Positions 48,636 through 59,376 of a stretch of 64,000 nucleotides of DNA are shown here, in pieces. A model generated the notes under the pieces. It was given only the letters and a program-made list of their open reading frames with translations, was not told the origin of the DNA and made no database searches. Origin of the DNA: Planctomycetota bacterium. Lineage in GTDB: Bacteria > Planctomycetota > SZUA-567 > H5-PLA8. The translations under genes and the position numbers were made by a program. The stretch covers positions 1-64,000 of the forward strand of contig BTVV01000008.1 of the NCBI GenBank assembly GCA_045863855.1. Reading direction: 5' to 3'. Positions within the stretch are counted from its first letter, which is position 1. Every line of letters begins with the position of its first letter.

Positions 48636-49295
48636 TTACTTTCCGTCGGAAGATAATTCCGGAGCCAGCGCGCGCACGGCTTCCTTAATCGCCTCGCCCG
48701 CCCGCACCGCCGCGGGGAGGGGGAACTCCAGCGCCGGATCGGCCTGCGGCGTGGCCACCGCGGCCGCCGGGAGCGCCGCGCTCATCGAAGCTTCGCGTGG
48801 CGGCTCGCCCACCGTCGGCGGTTCGGAAACGGGCGCCTCCGCTACGCGGGAACGCTCTTCTTGCTTCAGGCGCTCCGCTTTGCCCTGCACGCGAGCGGCG
48901 AAGCGATCCCAGGAAAAGTCATCCAAAAGATCGGCGAATTCAGCGCCGTGTTTGCGTGCCATGAGCCGTATATACCACGGCGGCGGCTCGCGAAATTCGT
49001 GGTACAGCGCCAGCCAGTAGATGAACTTTTGGAGGTTCTCGGTCTTACCGCTCAGGACCCCCGGCGCGCGCTCCAGCAGCTTATCGTCGAGGAAGCGCTT
49101 GAAGTTCCCGCTGGGGTTGTCGCGCTGCCACGTTTCGAACCATTTGAGGTTGGCGGCGCAAAACGCGCTCCAGCGCGCGTCGTCCAAGTCGTGACGCATC
49201 ATCCCGTAGGCGATTCCGGGCACGTCGTATTCGCCGCCCGCGCCTACGCTGGCCGTCAACGCCCAACACAGCATCCCAGCGACGCACGATCGCAT
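48636..49295 (-). CDS. Hypothetical secreted protein
   Basis: Signal-peptide-like N-terminus, helical core, Pro/Ala tail. Confidence 0.55.
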   Translation of the reverse strand: MRSCVAGMLCWALTASVGAGGEYDVPGIAYGMMRHDLDDARWSAFCAANLKWFETWQRDNPSGNFKRFLDDKLLERAPGVLSGKTENLQKFIYWLALYHEFREPPPWYIRLMARKHGAEFADLLDDFSWDRFAARVQGKAERLKQEERSRVAEAPVSEPPTVGEPPREASMSAALPAAAVATPQADPALEFPLPAAVRAGEAIKEAVRALAPELSSDGK

Positions 49296-49511
49296 GATCC
49301 CACCGTCCTCTCGATTTCGGGAGGAGTTCCCAGCGTGCATTACCTATACGAAATAAAGCACAATAACGTTCGCGGGCGCAAGGTATTTCACCTCTTTTCC
49401 GAAACGAAACGGATCGAAATTGGGATTCGAGTCCTCATGCCCGTCCCGTAGCTTGCAGCGTTCACGGCAAGCGGTAGCTTTATCGGCTCACTCGCCACAG
49501 GAGCCCTGCCC

Positions 49512-50204
49512 ATGCCCGCTGAACATCCGCCCGTCGTGCAGATCAGCCTCGATCTTCAAACCCTGGTCGACGCGCTGCCCACTGCCGAAGTCGCCGTACG
49601 CGCCGGCGTCGATTGGCTCGAAGTCGGAACGCCCCTGATTCTTGGAGAAGGGCTCCACGCCGTCCGTGCGCTCAAGCAGCGCTTTCCCAAGCACAAGATC
49701 GTCGCCGACCTCAAGACCATGGACGCCGGGTTCCTGGAGTGCGAGATGATGGCCGGCGCCGGCGCGGACTGCGTCGTCGTCATGTCCCGCGCGCACGACG
49801 GGACGGTCCGCGGAGCCGTCGAGGCCGGCAAAAAATTTGGCGTCAAAGTCATGGCGGACATCATGCTGGAGAAGGACTACGTCGCCGCCGCGAAACACTG
49901 CGAAGCCCTGGGCGTCGATTACATCATCCACCACATCGGCTACGACGAGCGCCACGTCGAAGTCGGCAAGAGCCCCATGACCGATCTGAAGGCCGTGGTG
50001 GACGCGGTCAAGATTCCTGTGCAAGCCGTCGGTGGATTGAGCATCGAGCAGGCGATCCAATGCCCGGCGGTCGGCGCGCCTCTCGTGGTCATCGGCGCGC
50101 CGCTGGCCGTCCAGGACCACCAGTTCGCACCCGGTCCCGAACTGGAAAAGATTCTGCGCGAAATTTGCGAGAAGGTGCATGCCTACGGCAGCAAAAAGAA
50201 GTAG
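49512..50204 (+). CDS. 3-hexulose-6-phosphate synthase-like (OMPdecase/HUMPS family)
   Basis: VQISLD, DWLEVGTPLI, ADLKTMDAG, HIGYD, VGGL. Confidence 0.88.
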   Translation: MPAEHPPVVQISLDLQTLVDALPTAEVAVRAGVDWLEVGTPLILGEGLHAVRALKQRFPKHKIVADLKTMDAGFLECEMMAGAGADCVVVMSRAHDGTVRGAVEAGKKFGVKVMADIMLEKDYVAAAKHCEALGVDYIIHHIGYDERHVEVGKSPMTDLKAVVDAVKIPVQAVGGLSIEQAIQCPAVGAPLVVIGAPLAVQDHQFAPGPELEKILREICEKVHAYGSKKK

Positions 50205-50236
50205 CGAGGGCGCTTGTTGCGCGTGCCCATTCAACG

Positions 50237-51148
50237 TTACTTTTGGGTTACTAGATTCTCCTCGCCACGCACCATTTTGCTGGGCGCCTTCCCCAAATAC
50301 CGCTTGCAGCATGTCGCCAAGTGCTGCGACGAACAATACCCCAACCGCTCGGCCACCGAAGTGACGGTCGCGGCGTGGTCGCGCAGCATGGTTATGGCCT
50401 TTTTGAGCCGCTCGCGGTGCGCGTATTCCATCGGCGCCATGCCCACCTCGCGCACGAAGCAGGCGTGAAAGTGGCTCACGCTCATCCCCGACAAGCCCGC
50501 CAATTCTTTTACCGTCGGCCAGGGGCGGGGGAGGCCGTCGAGAAATTCCCGCGCGCGGCGGATACCCGGCGGAACGAAGCCTTCCGCTTCGTCGCCGGCC
50601 AGCGGCAGCATGACCAGCGTCGCGAGCATCTGCTGGATCAGCGCGCGCGCGTGCACCACGTCGAGCGATCCGCAGGTACGCAGGTGTGCGAACAGCCGCT
50701 CGTAGTACGGCGTCAGCTTTTCCGCGCCGCGCAGGTGGCGATCCCTGAGCGCGTGGACGCGGCGGCATAATTCGATGGCTTCGGCGCCGGGCAAATGCAG
50801 AAAGGACCGCGCCGCGCGGGACTTCGGCTTCGGGATGCGCAGCACGATCCAATAAATCTCGCACGGATGCATCAATTCGTGCAGTCCGCCGTGCGGTTCG
50901 TCCGGCCATGTGAAGTAAACGTCGCCGCCGCGCAGCTCGTAGATGCGCTTCTGCGCCCACCACGTCACGTGGCCGCGCACGATTAAGCAGATCTCGAATT
51001 GCCCCGGATGCTCGTGACGACCCAGCGAGCCTACCTTCGTAAAGGTTGCGTGCCCTAAGTGGTAAAATTCCGGCAACGCCGCTACGCGTCCTTGCAGGGT
51101 CTGGCGTTGCGGCTTCTCGCTGTAGACCAGCGCCGGCGCCTTGGGCAC
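50237..51148 (-). CDS. AraC-family transcriptional regulator
   Basis: Cupin HEHPGQFEI; C-terminal VAERLGYCSSQHL...KRYLGKAPS. Confidence 0.9.
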   Translation of the reverse strand: MPKAPALVYSEKPQRQTLQGRVAALPEFYHLGHATFTKVGSLGRHEHPGQFEICLIVRGHVTWWAQKRIYELRGGDVYFTWPDEPHGGLHELMHPCEIYWIVLRIPKPKSRAARSFLHLPGAEAIELCRRVHALRDRHLRGAEKLTPYYERLFAHLRTCGSLDVVHARALIQQMLATLVMLPLAGDEAEGFVPPGIRRAREFLDGLPRPWPTVKELAGLSGMSVSHFHACFVREVGMAPMEYAHRERLKKAITMLRDHAATVTSVAERLGYCSSQHLATCCKRYLGKAPSKMVRGEENLVTQK

Positions 51149-51222
51149 GGTTCTCTGCCTCCGATGGGCACGATCCTACGGGAGCCCCGCGGCGGCGCAA
51201 CCGTCGGCGTTCGTCGAAGCGG

Positions 51223-53949
51223 TTAGCCTTTGATCACGATATTGACCAGGCGGCCCTTCACGACGATCACTTTGACGATCGTCTTGCCGGCCAGTTCCTT
51301 GGCCACGGCCTCTTGCGCGGCCTGCTTCATCGCGTCTTCGCCAGCGTCGGCGGGCACGCTCGTTTTACCGCGCACTTTCCCGTTGACTTGAATCGCCAGT
51401 TCCAGGCTCGCGTCCTTGGTCTGTGCCTCGTCGAACGCCGGCCACGGCTCGAAGGCCAAGACTTTTTCGTGGCCCAATCGCCGCCACAATTCTTCGGCGA
51501 TATGCGGTGCGAACGGCGCCAGAATCAAGACGAAGCGTTCGGCTTGCGATTTCCCCAGCTTCTCGGGCGCCTTCAGGCATTCGTTGACGAAGATCATCAT
51601 CGCGCTGATGGCGGTATTGAACGCCATCCGCTCCAGGTCGTCGCCGACCTTCTTGATGGTTTTGTGCAGCGCGCGCTCCAATTCCGCGTCGCCGGTCTGG
51701 CCGTTCGACAGATTGGCGCGCAAGGCCCCCGCATTCGACTTGCTTTCGTCGTCCTCGACCACCAGCCGCCACGAACGCTGCAGGAAGCGAAAGACGCCCG
51801 GCACGTCGCGGGGGTTCCATGGCTTCGAGCCGTCCAGCGGACCGATGAACATTTCGTACAGGCGCAGCGTGTCCGCGCCGTACTCGTTTACTACGTCATC
51901 CGGATTAACGACGTTTTTCAGGCTTTTGGACATCTTGGCGGTAATCTGCTTCGCCGGTTGCCCCGTCGCCTTTACGACGAACCCTTGATCGCGTTCTTCT
52001 ACCTCGTCGTTGGGAATCAAGCGTCCCGCTTCATCCTGATACGCGAACGCTGTAATCAAGCCCTGATTGAACAAGCGCTGGAAGGGTTCCTTGGTGTGCA
52101 CGTGCCCCAAGTCGTACAGCACCTTATGCCAGAATCGCGCGTACAGCAGATGCAGCACCGCGTGCTCCGCGCCGCCGACGTACAGATCGACCGGCATCCA
52201 GTAATTCTCGACCTCCGGGCGCCAGCCCTTCCGGTCGTTTTTCGCGTCCAAATAGCGCAGGTAATACCAGCACGAACCCGCCCACTGCGGCATCGTATTG
52301 GTCTCGCGCCGCGCCTTCTTTTCGTTCGGCTTCAGCGCCTCGTCTGCGCGCCAGGGGCGCGTGCGCACGACCTGCCCTTGCGCGTCCACCTCGGCGGCGA
52401 CGTACAGCCAGTCCTTGGCTTTGCCCAAAGGCGGGTCGAACGTCCCGGTGGGCTTGAAGTCATCCATCTCCGGCAGCCGCAGCGGCAATTCGCTTTCGGG
52501 AATTAACGTGTGCGAACCGTCTTCGAAATGCAGCACCGGAAACGGTTCGCCCCAGTAGCGCTGCCGGCTGAACAGCCAGTCGCGCAGGCGGTAATTGATC
52601 GTGCCCTTGCCTTGCCCGCGGCTTTCCAGCCACTGCGTGATCTTCTTCTTGGCCTCTGGCGTGTGCAGGCCCTCGATAGTCGGGCTGTTGAAGGCCACGC
52701 CATCGTCGGTGAAGAAGTCCGCGAACTCTTGCGGTGCCTTGCGGAAATGCGCGCGCAGCGTCTCCACGGCGTTTGAATCCATGCTTTTCGGTGCATTGGT
52801 TTTTAGCCAACCGTCCGCCGGCATCACCACCGGCACGATCGGCAGCTTGTATTGAATCGCGAACTCCGCGTCGCGCGTATCGTGGGCCGGCACCGCCATG
52901 ATCGCGCCGGTCCCGTAGCCCGTCAGCACATAATCGGCGATCCAGATCGGAATCTTTGCCTTCGGATCGGACTTCTCGAAGACCGGATTGAACGCGTAGG
53001 CGCCGGTAAATACGCCCGTCTTTTCTTTGGCCAATTCGGTGCGCGCCAGATCCGATTTTTGGGCCGCCGCGCGCACGTAGGTATCCACCGCCGCCTTCTG
53101 GCCCGGCGTCGTCAGCTTCGACACCAGCGGATGTTCCGGCGCCAGAACCATGTAGGTCGCGCCGTACAGCGTGTCGGGCCGAGTCGTAAAGACGCGGATC
53201 GAACCTTCCTTCGAGTCCGCAATCTCGAAATCCACCTCCGCACCTTCGCTTTTCCCGATCCAGTTGCGCTGCTGAATCTTGATCGACTCGGGCCAGTCCA
53301 GCGCTTCCAGATCGGTCAGCAATCGTTCGGCGTATTCGGTGATCTTCAACATCCACTGCTTCATCGGGCGGCGCACGCACGGATGGTCGCCGCGCTCGCT
53401 GCGCCCGTCGATCACCTCCTCGTTCGCCAGCACCGTGCCCAGCGCTTCGCACCACCACACCGGTACTTCGGCCAGATACGCCAGGCCCTTCTTGTACAAC
53501 TGCATGAAGATCCATTGCGTCCAGCGGTAGTACTCGGGGTCCGTCGTATCCACTTCGCGGTCCCAGTCGTAGGAGAACCCCAGCGCCTGGATCTGCCGCT
53601 TCATGTTCGAGATGTTGCTTTGCGTCGTGATGCGCGGGTGCACGCCTGTCTGCACCGCGTACTGTTCGGCCGGCAGCCCGTACGCGTCCCAGCCCATCGG
53701 ATGCAGAACCTGAAAGCCCTTCATGCGCTTGTAGCGCGCCAGGATATCCGTCGCGGTGTAGCCTTCCGGATGTCCGACATGCAGCCCCGCGCCGCTGGGG
53801 TAGGGGAACATATCCAGAATGTAATACTTCGGCTTTTTCGGATCGAATCCGGCGTCGCCGGGATTGGGCGTCTTAAACGTCCTCTGCGAGGCCCATACTT
53901 GCTGCCAATGGGGCTCGATCTCGCGGGGCGTGTACTTGGCGGAAGGCAT
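51223..53949 (-). CDS. leuS: Leucine--tRNA ligase
   Basis: [48 protein letters not shown]. Confidence 0.98.
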   Translation of the reverse strand: MPSAKYTPREIEPHWQQVWASQRTFKTPNPGDAGFDPKKPKYYILDMFPYPSGAGLHVGHPEGYTATDILARYKRMKGFQVLHPMGWDAYGLPAEQYAVQTGVHPRITTQSNISNMKRQIQALGFSYDWDREVDTTDPEYYRWTQWIFMQLYKKGLAYLAEVPVWWCEALGTVLANEEVIDGRSERGDHPCVRRPMKQWMLKITEYAERLLTDLEALDWPESIKIQQRNWIGKSEGAEVDFEIADSKEGSIRVFTTRPDTLYGATYMVLAPEHPLVSKLTTPGQKAAVDTYVRAAAQKSDLARTELAKEKTGVFTGAYAFNPVFEKSDPKAKIPIWIADYVLTGYGTGAIMAVPAHDTRDAEFAIQYKLPIVPVVMPADGWLKTNAPKSMDSNAVETLRAHFRKAPQEFADFFTDDGVAFNSPTIEGLHTPEAKKKITQWLESRGQGKGTINYRLRDWLFSRQRYWGEPFPVLHFEDGSHTLIPESELPLRLPEMDDFKPTGTFDPPLGKAKDWLYVAAEVDAQGQVVRTRPWRADEALKPNEKKARRETNTMPQWAGSCWYYLRYLDAKNDRKGWRPEVENYWMPVDLYVGGAEHAVLHLLYARFWHKVLYDLGHVHTKEPFQRLFNQGLITAFAYQDEAGRLIPNDEVEERDQGFVVKATGQPAKQITAKMSKSLKNVVNPDDVVNEYGADTLRLYEMFIGPLDGSKPWNPRDVPGVFRFLQRSWRLVVEDDESKSNAGALRANLSNGQTGDAELERALHKTIKKVGDDLERMAFNTAISAMMIFVNECLKAPEKLGKSQAERFVLILAPFAPHIAEELWRRLGHEKVLAFEPWPAFDEAQTKDASLELAIQVNGKVRGKTSVPADAGEDAMKQAAQEAVAKELAGKTIVKVIVVKGRLVNIVIKG

Positions 53950-54067
53950 GGCACATCCTCATTCGGCGCACGAAACCAGTGCACGCTCGCGCCCATCCCG
54001 ATGGGGGATCGCACGCGTGCCGCACACGAAGTAAGCGGAGCACTCTACCGAAAAGAGCGGACAGCGG

Positions 54068-54172
54068 CTAGCGCGAGAGGCTCGCGCTCGCGCGGAACGC
54101 TGCGCGAGCACGGTGGGCTCCCTTCGAGGATGCGCCCATCGAGCGGCGCTTGGAGGTGGGTGCGTGACTCAT
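54068..54172 (-). promoter_or_regulatory. Putative leuS leader peptide uORF (34 aa, ending SASLSR*)
   Basis: Starts 6 nt after a TTGACA-17-TTGAGT promoter (54207-54179); single Leu codon CTC third from the stop; contains an 11-nt complement of the leuS SD region. Confidence 0.5.
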
Positions 54173-54310
54173 GGGGGCACTCAACCCCGCCGCCGGAGCT
54201 TTGTCAATCCGCCCGGCGAGGAATAGTCTTGACAGCGGCACGAAGATGCCGACACTAAGACCCCGCGCCGGACCTTGACGGGTCCGGCGTTGAATTTCCA
54301 AAGCGTACGT

Positions 54311-54386
54311 GGGGCTGTGGCGCAGCTGGGAGCGCGCCTGCATGGCATGCAGGAGGTCAGGGGTTCGAACCCCCTCAGCTCCACCA
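54311..54386 (+). tRNA. tRNA-Ala(GGC)
   Basis: GGGGCTG acceptor, anticodon stem CCTGC/GCAGG with loop ATGGCAT, GGTTCGAAC, CAGCTCC-A-CCA; G3:U70. Confidence 0.97.
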
Positions 54387-54401
54387 TTATAATTCCATAC
54401 C

Positions 54402-54433
54402 GGCGGGGACCATTGCGGTCCCCGTTTTCTTTT
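54402..54433 (+). terminator. Rho-independent terminator after tRNA-Ala
   Basis: CGGGGACC-attgc-GGTCCCCG followed by TTTTCTTTT. Confidence 0.85.
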
Positions 54434-54503
54434 GATTAGGCGGGCGCTTGAGGCGTCTAATCGCCGGCGGCATTACCCCAAACGAACTCAGGAGGTTCAC
54501 GTC

Positions 54504-55292
54504 ATGCGTAAGGCCACGTGCTTGCTGGCGGCGGTGCTGGTCGTGGGGCTTTTTGCGCGGGAATTGCGCGCGGCGGACGAAGGCGGCGTCGCGCAATGGA
54601 TGGCCGACTTCGCCGGAAACGACGCGGTCAAGCAGGAGGCCGCGGTCGAGGCCTTGCTCGAAAAGGCTGCTCAGGCCAAGCCCGCGATCGAGGAGGCGAT
54701 CAAGAAGTCCGACGACGCCGGCTTGCGCGCGCGCTATCAGGGCGTGCTCGACCGCATGACGCAGGTCACCGCGACGCTCGAAACCACGCTCGGGCCGATT
54801 CACGTCAAGCTCTTCGCTGCTCAAACGCCACTCACCTGCGCCAATTTCATCAACCTGGCGCGGCGGGGATTTTACGATGGATTGGCGTTCCATCGCGTCA
54901 TCGACAACTTCATGATCCAGGGCGGCTGTCCGGAGGGCAACGGCATGGGCACGCCGGGCTATTCGTTCGAGGACGAGATCGTCGCCGACCTGAAGCACGC
55001 CAAGCCCGGCACGCTCTCCATGGCCAACGCGGGCAAGTCGACCAATGGGAGCCAGTTCTTCATCACGCATATCCCGACGGGCTGGCTGGACGGGAAGCAC
55101 ACCGTCTTCGGCGAGGTGCTCAACAAGGCCGATATGGATGTGGTGAACCGGATTCAGAAGGGGCACAAAATCGTTCGCGTGCGCATCTTTGGGGACACCT
55201 CGGCGCTCGAGGAGCAGACCAAAGACCGCATCGCGAAGTTCAACGCGGCGCTCGACAAGAATTTCGGGCACAAGCTCAAGCCGTTGAAGTAG
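54504..55292 (+). CDS. Secreted cyclophilin-type peptidyl-prolyl isomerase
   Basis: Signal peptide; [43 protein letters not shown]. Confidence 0.93.
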   Translation: MRKATCLLAAVLVVGLFARELRAADEGGVAQWMADFAGNDAVKQEAAVEALLEKAAQAKPAIEEAIKKSDDAGLRARYQGVLDRMTQVTATLETTLGPIHVKLFAAQTPLTCANFINLARRGFYDGLAFHRVIDNFMIQGGCPEGNGMGTPGYSFEDEIVADLKHAKPGTLSMANAGKSTNGSQFFITHIPTGWLDGKHTVFGEVLNKADMDVVNRIQKGHKIVRVRIFGDTSALEEQTKDRIAKFNAALDKNFGHKLKPLK

Positions 55293-55295
55293 GTC

Positions 55296-55937
55296 TTACA
55301 GGATCACCTGCCGCAGCGCCGCGAAGTCCGAGACTTCGTGGCGCGGCTGCAGCGCACGCAGCGTGGCCGGATCGCCCAGACCGTAGCTGACGTAGCAGAA
55401 GGCCAGCCCGGCGTTGCGCGCGCTCTCCCCGTCGGCCGGCCCGTCGCCCACCATCAGCGCCTCTCCGCTTACCCAGCCCAGTTCCCCCAGCGCGAAGCGC
55501 AGCGGCGCCGGATCGGGCTTCAGGCCCAGCGGGTTATCGCCTCCTACCACCACCGGCAGGTAGGGCGCGAGGTGCAATTCCTTCAAGAGCGCCACGGCGC
55601 TCGAGCCGGGCTTGTTCGTCACCACGCCCATGCGGCAGCCGGCGGCGTGCAGCGCCGCCAGCGTCTCCGGCACGCCGGGGTAGGGGCGCGTCAGGTCGGC
55701 CATATGCGCGGCGTAGTGAGCCAGATAACGGGCCAGTGCCCGCTCGCGCTCGTCGGGCTGCTCAAATGCGCGTTCGATCAGCTTGTGCACCCCGTCGCCG
55801 ACGAAGCGGCGCACCAGCGTGATCGGGTGCGGCGGGTGGCCGAACTCGGCGCGCGCCTTGTTTAGGGCTGCCGCAATATCGCCGACCGAATCGATCAGCG
55901 TCCCGTCGAGATCGAAAAGCACATAGGGATAGCGCAT
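55296..55937 (-). CDS. gph: HAD-family phosphatase (phosphoglycolate phosphatase-like)
   Basis: FDLDGTLIDS, VTNKP, KPDP, MVGD. Confidence 0.85.
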   Translation of the reverse strand: MRYPYVLFDLDGTLIDSVGDIAAALNKARAEFGHPPHPITLVRRFVGDGVHKLIERAFEQPDERERALARYLAHYAAHMADLTRPYPGVPETLAALHAAGCRMGVVTNKPGSSAVALLKELHLAPYLPVVVGGDNPLGLKPDPAPLRFALGELGWVSGEALMVGDGPADGESARNAGLAFCYVSYGLGDPATLRALQPRHEVSDFAALRQVIL

Positions 55938-56100
55938 TCCTGAATGATACCGAATCTCCGCCCCAAAAACCCGGCACGCGTGCGTTTTTCGCTCTCAAGC
56001 GCCTCCTTTAGTGGGCCGATTCCTATAAGACCGGCGCTCGTGCCGAAGGCCGGGGAGATCTGCTGCTCTACGCGCCCCCACGCGAAGGAACCTAACCCCC

Positions 56101-57936
56101 ATGCCGTCGAACCGGAAACTTCCTGTGATTCTATCTCTAGGCGCCGCCGCGCTTTGCGGGCCGTGGGCGTGGGGTGGCGAGGCCGAAGGCCGGCTCGTCG
56201 CCAGCGCCCCCAGTACGCCTATCGCGCCGGTGTACGATCGCGCGCCGCGTGAGCGGACGCCCGCCGTCCAGCCGTTGTCGGCCGCGCCGGCCGTACGCGA
56301 ACCCTTTCCGGAACCGATGTGGGGGCAAGTGAGTGCCGGACAGGTCAACGTGCGCACGGGTCCAAGTACCGATTACGGCATTCTGGTGACGCTCAGCGGC
56401 GGCGACTACATCCACGCTTACGCGCGCCAAGGGGCCTGGCTCGAGATCGACTGGCCGGAAGCCTCGCCGGCCTGGATTTCCAAGGCGTTCGTGGACACGG
56501 ACGGAACCGTAACGGGTGACCGGGTGCGCATTCGCGCGCGCGGGACGCTCCAGGCGCCGGTCCTGCGCGAAGCGCAACGCGGCGAACGCGTTCGCGTGCT
56601 GGGCGAGGCCGGAGATTGGCTCAAGATCGCGCCGCCCGAAAGCGCCCGCGCGTACATTCACGCCAAGTACACCGTGCTGGGCGTGCAAGGTCCGGCTTCG
56701 AGTTCCCCAGCGGCCGCGCCCGCGCCCATGGCTTCGGCCGCGCCGATTCAAGTGCTGCCGCCGGTCGAACCCGTGGCCGCTCCCGTTAACCAGCCGCCGC
56801 ACCTCAACTTGACCGAATCCGCCGTGGCGGCGCTTCCGCCTATCGACGAACCGGCTCCGGCGGCGGCTTTGCCGGCCCAGCCCGAACCGGCCGAGCCTGC
56901 GGTTGCCGCGCTCGAATCGGCCGTGCCGGTGGTGGAAGCGCCCGTGGCGCGGATCGAACCTTCGCCTGCGCCGTCTGCGATTCCCGACGCGCCCGCTTCG
57001 CTCGCCGTCGCGCGCGCGGCCGCACCGGAGGTCGTCCCCGCATCCGAACCGGCCCTCGTGCCGGATCCAGCCGATCCGGTCAATCTGGTCGAAACCGCCA
57101 CAACGGTTCCGGCTCCCGCGCCCAGCGCCGAAGTAGCACCGGCGGCGCCGCCGGAACCGGCCATCGCCGCAGCACCCGCACCTGAACCCCAGGCGGCCCC
57201 CGCGCCCGTCGTGGAGGCCTCCGCGCCGTTGAGCGCCCCGGTCCGCCCGCGCCCGGCACGTGATGTAGACCCCGTTTTCGGCGAACGTCTGCCCAAGCCG
57301 CGCGACGTAGCACCGGAAGAGGAAGCGAACTGGAACGCCGCGGCCGTCGAACCGGACGCGAAGCCCGATCCGAGCCTGTACGCCGAACCGGCCGAAGGCG
57401 AACGCGAAGGCGGCCTGATTCAGAAGGTGCAGGGCGCCGCATCCACCGTCGGGTCGGCCTTCAAAAGCGCCGGGCATGAAGTGGCCGAATGGACCACCGG
57501 AACCGTCTCGAACGTGACTCCGGTCGTGACCGAGAACGTCAAGAAGGGCGCGGGCGTCGTGGCCGAGAGCGGTACGTCCGCCGGGCAGACGGTGGCCGGT
57601 GGCGTGACCAGCGGCTACACGAAGACCAAGGAGTTGGTCATCGGCACTCCCAAGCGCGCGAATCCGGATGGCCCGGAAGCGCCGGTCGCCGCACAGAGCG
57701 CCGAGACGGTCCGCACCGCATCCGGCACGCTGGAAAGGATGCCGCTGGATGCCGCGAGCGGCGCGAGTTTCAAGCTGGTCAAGGACGGCGCGACGACGTG
57801 GTTCCTGATCCCCGAGCCCGGCGTGCAACTCGAAGGCTACGCCGGCCGGCGCATCGGGGTCGTCGGCTCCTCCGAAGCTGTCCCGTCGAGCGGCGCGCGG
57901 GTGATGAAAGTCAGCAGCGCGTTCACCATGGACTAA
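56101..57936 (+). CDS. Secreted tandem bacterial SH3-domain protein with Pro/Ala linker
   Basis: VNVRTGPS...WLEI, VRIRARG...WLKIAPP; long P/A/E linker. Confidence 0.82.
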   Translation: MPSNRKLPVILSLGAAALCGPWAWGGEAEGRLVASAPSTPIAPVYDRAPRERTPAVQPLSAAPAVREPFPEPMWGQVSAGQVNVRTGPSTDYGILVTLSGGDYIHAYARQGAWLEIDWPEASPAWISKAFVDTDGTVTGDRVRIRARGTLQAPVLREAQRGERVRVLGEAGDWLKIAPPESARAYIHAKYTVLGVQGPASSSPAAAPAPMASAAPIQVLPPVEPVAAPVNQPPHLNLTESAVAALPPIDEPAPAAALPAQPEPAEPAVAALESAVPVVEAPVARIEPSPAPSAIPDAPASLAVARAAAPEVVPASEPALVPDPADPVNLVETATTVPAPAPSAEVAPAAPPEPAIAAAPAPEPQAAPAPVVEASAPLSAPVRPRPARDVDPVFGERLPKPRDVAPEEEANWNAAAVEPDAKPDPSLYAEPAEGEREGGLIQKVQGAASTVGSAFKSAGHEVAEWTTGTVSNVTPVVTENVKKGAGVVAESGTSAGQTVAGGVTSGYTKTKELVIGTPKRANPDGPEAPVAAQSAETVRTASGTLERMPLDAASGASFKLVKDGATTWFLIPEPGVQLEGYAGRRIGVVGSSEAVPSSGARVMKVSSAFTMD

Positions 57937-58099
57937 GCCTGGCTGGCCGAAGCGGCTGGGGCAGGGCCGTCGTCTTTTCCCTTCTTCCTAAGATCCTCTT
58001 TTTTCCGGTGCCGCGCGTTTCACCCATGGCGCAGCGAGCGGTTGGCTTGACGTCCGGCGTTTCGTGGCGGATAGTAGAAGGCCGCAAGCGGTACGGCGC

Positions 58100-58129
58100 C
58101 CCGCTTCGTAGAGACGAAGCGGGTTTTTT
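58100..58129 (+). terminator. Intrinsic terminator just upstream of asd
   Basis: CCCGCTTCGT-AGAG-ACGAAGCGGG then TTTTTT. Confidence 0.85.
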
Positions 58130-58168
58130 GTTGGGATTCGATTCCCTCGGAGCAAAGGCGGACACGGC

Positions 58169-59284
58169 ATGAGCGGGCAAGCCCCCTCACGGCCCTTGCG
58201 AGTGGCGGTGGTTGGAGCCACCGGCATTGCGGGCCAGCAGTTTCTCGCGGCGTTGGAAAGCCATCCCTGGTTTACGCTGAAACGCTTGGCGGCCAGCGAG
58301 CGCAGCGCCGGCAAAACGTACGCGGCGGCGATCACCGACAGCGCCAGCGGCGCCACGCGCTGGTATTGCGAGAAACCGTGCTCCAAGGCCTTCCTGGGCC
58401 TCAACGTCGAGCGCGCCGACCAGTTGATCCTGGACGACATCGACCTCGTCTTCACGGCTTTGGAATCCGACGCCGCTAAGGAAGTCGAGCCACTCTACGC
58501 GAAGAAAGTGCCGGTGGTCAGCACCGCCAGCGCCTTCCGCTACGAGGAAGATGTTCCGATCTTCCTGCCCGGCGTCAATCCGGACCACGCCAAGCTGATC
58601 GAGAAGCAGCGCAAAGCGCGCGGCTTCCAGGGCTTCATCACCCCCGGCCCCAACTGCACCACGGTGGGCCTGGCCCTCAGCTTAAAGCCGCTCTTCGATG
58701 CCTTCGGGGTGCAGAACGTCCTGATGACCAGCATGCAGGCCGTCAGCGGCGCGGGGCGCAGCCCCGGCGTCCTGGCGCTGGACATCATCGACAACATCGT
58801 GCCGTACATCCCCAAGGAAGAAGAGAAGGTCGAGAAGGAGACGCGCAAGATTCTCGGCGCGCTCAAGGACGGCGCGATCCAGCCGGCGAACTTCCGCGTC
58901 TCGGCCACCTGCACGCGCGTCAACGTGATCGAAGCGCACACCGAGTGCGTCAACGTGAGCCTCGGCAAAGCGGCCAGTCTCGATGAGGTCAAGCAAGTCT
59001 GGCGGCAGAGCTACGAGGAACTCCGCGGCATGAAGCTCCCTTCGTGCCCGCAGGAATTGCTGCACTACACCGAAGAGCCCTTCCGCCCCCAGCCGCGCCT
59101 CGACCGCGACCGCGAAGGCGGCATGACCACCACCCTCGGACGGCTGCGCGAAGACAGCGTGCTGCCCCACGGGATCAAATACGTTCTGCTCAGCCACAAC
59201 ACCAAGATGGGCGCGGCCAAGGGCGCGATCCTCACCGCCGAATGGCTGATCGTGAAGGGCGCGATCAACGCCGGCAGCCGCTAA
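58169..59284 (+). CDS. asd: Aspartate-semialdehyde dehydrogenase (archaeal/eukaryotic-like clade)
   Basis: VGATGIAGQ, ASERSAGKTY, PNCTT, QAVSGAG, EEEKVEKE, SHNTKMGAAKG. Confidence 0.95.
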   Translation: MSGQAPSRPLRVAVVGATGIAGQQFLAALESHPWFTLKRLAASERSAGKTYAAAITDSASGATRWYCEKPCSKAFLGLNVERADQLILDDIDLVFTALESDAAKEVEPLYAKKVPVVSTASAFRYEEDVPIFLPGVNPDHAKLIEKQRKARGFQGFITPGPNCTTVGLALSLKPLFDAFGVQNVLMTSMQAVSGAGRSPGVLALDIIDNIVPYIPKEEEKVEKETRKILGALKDGAIQPANFRVSATCTRVNVIEAHTECVNVSLGKAASLDEVKQVWRQSYEELRGMKLPSCPQELLHYTEEPFRPQPRLDRDREGGMTTTLGRLREDSVLPHGIKYVLLSHNTKMGAAKGAILTAEWLIVKGAINAGSR

Positions 59285-59313
59285 GCGGCCGCCGGTACAG
59301 GAACGGAGTACCC

Positions 59314-59347
59314 GCGGCGGGGGCGCAAGCTCCCGCCGCTTGGTTTT
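59314..59347 (+). terminator. Terminator-like hairpin after asd
   Basis: GCGGCGGGGGC-GCAA-GCTCCCGCCGC then TTGGTTTT. Confidence 0.65.
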
Positions 59348-59376
59348 CAGGCTAGGCGATGGATGGGCGCGGCCGA

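Noticed and set aside
53950..54200. Canonical T-box riboswitch before leuS or leuA
   Set aside because: No UGGNACC antiterminator bulge, AGUA/GAA specifier-loop motif or U-tailed terminator found by eye; an Rfam scan would settle it.
54311..54433. Integration site at tRNA-Ala
   Set aside because: Followed directly by a terminator and housekeeping genes; no integrase or duplicated 3' end seen.
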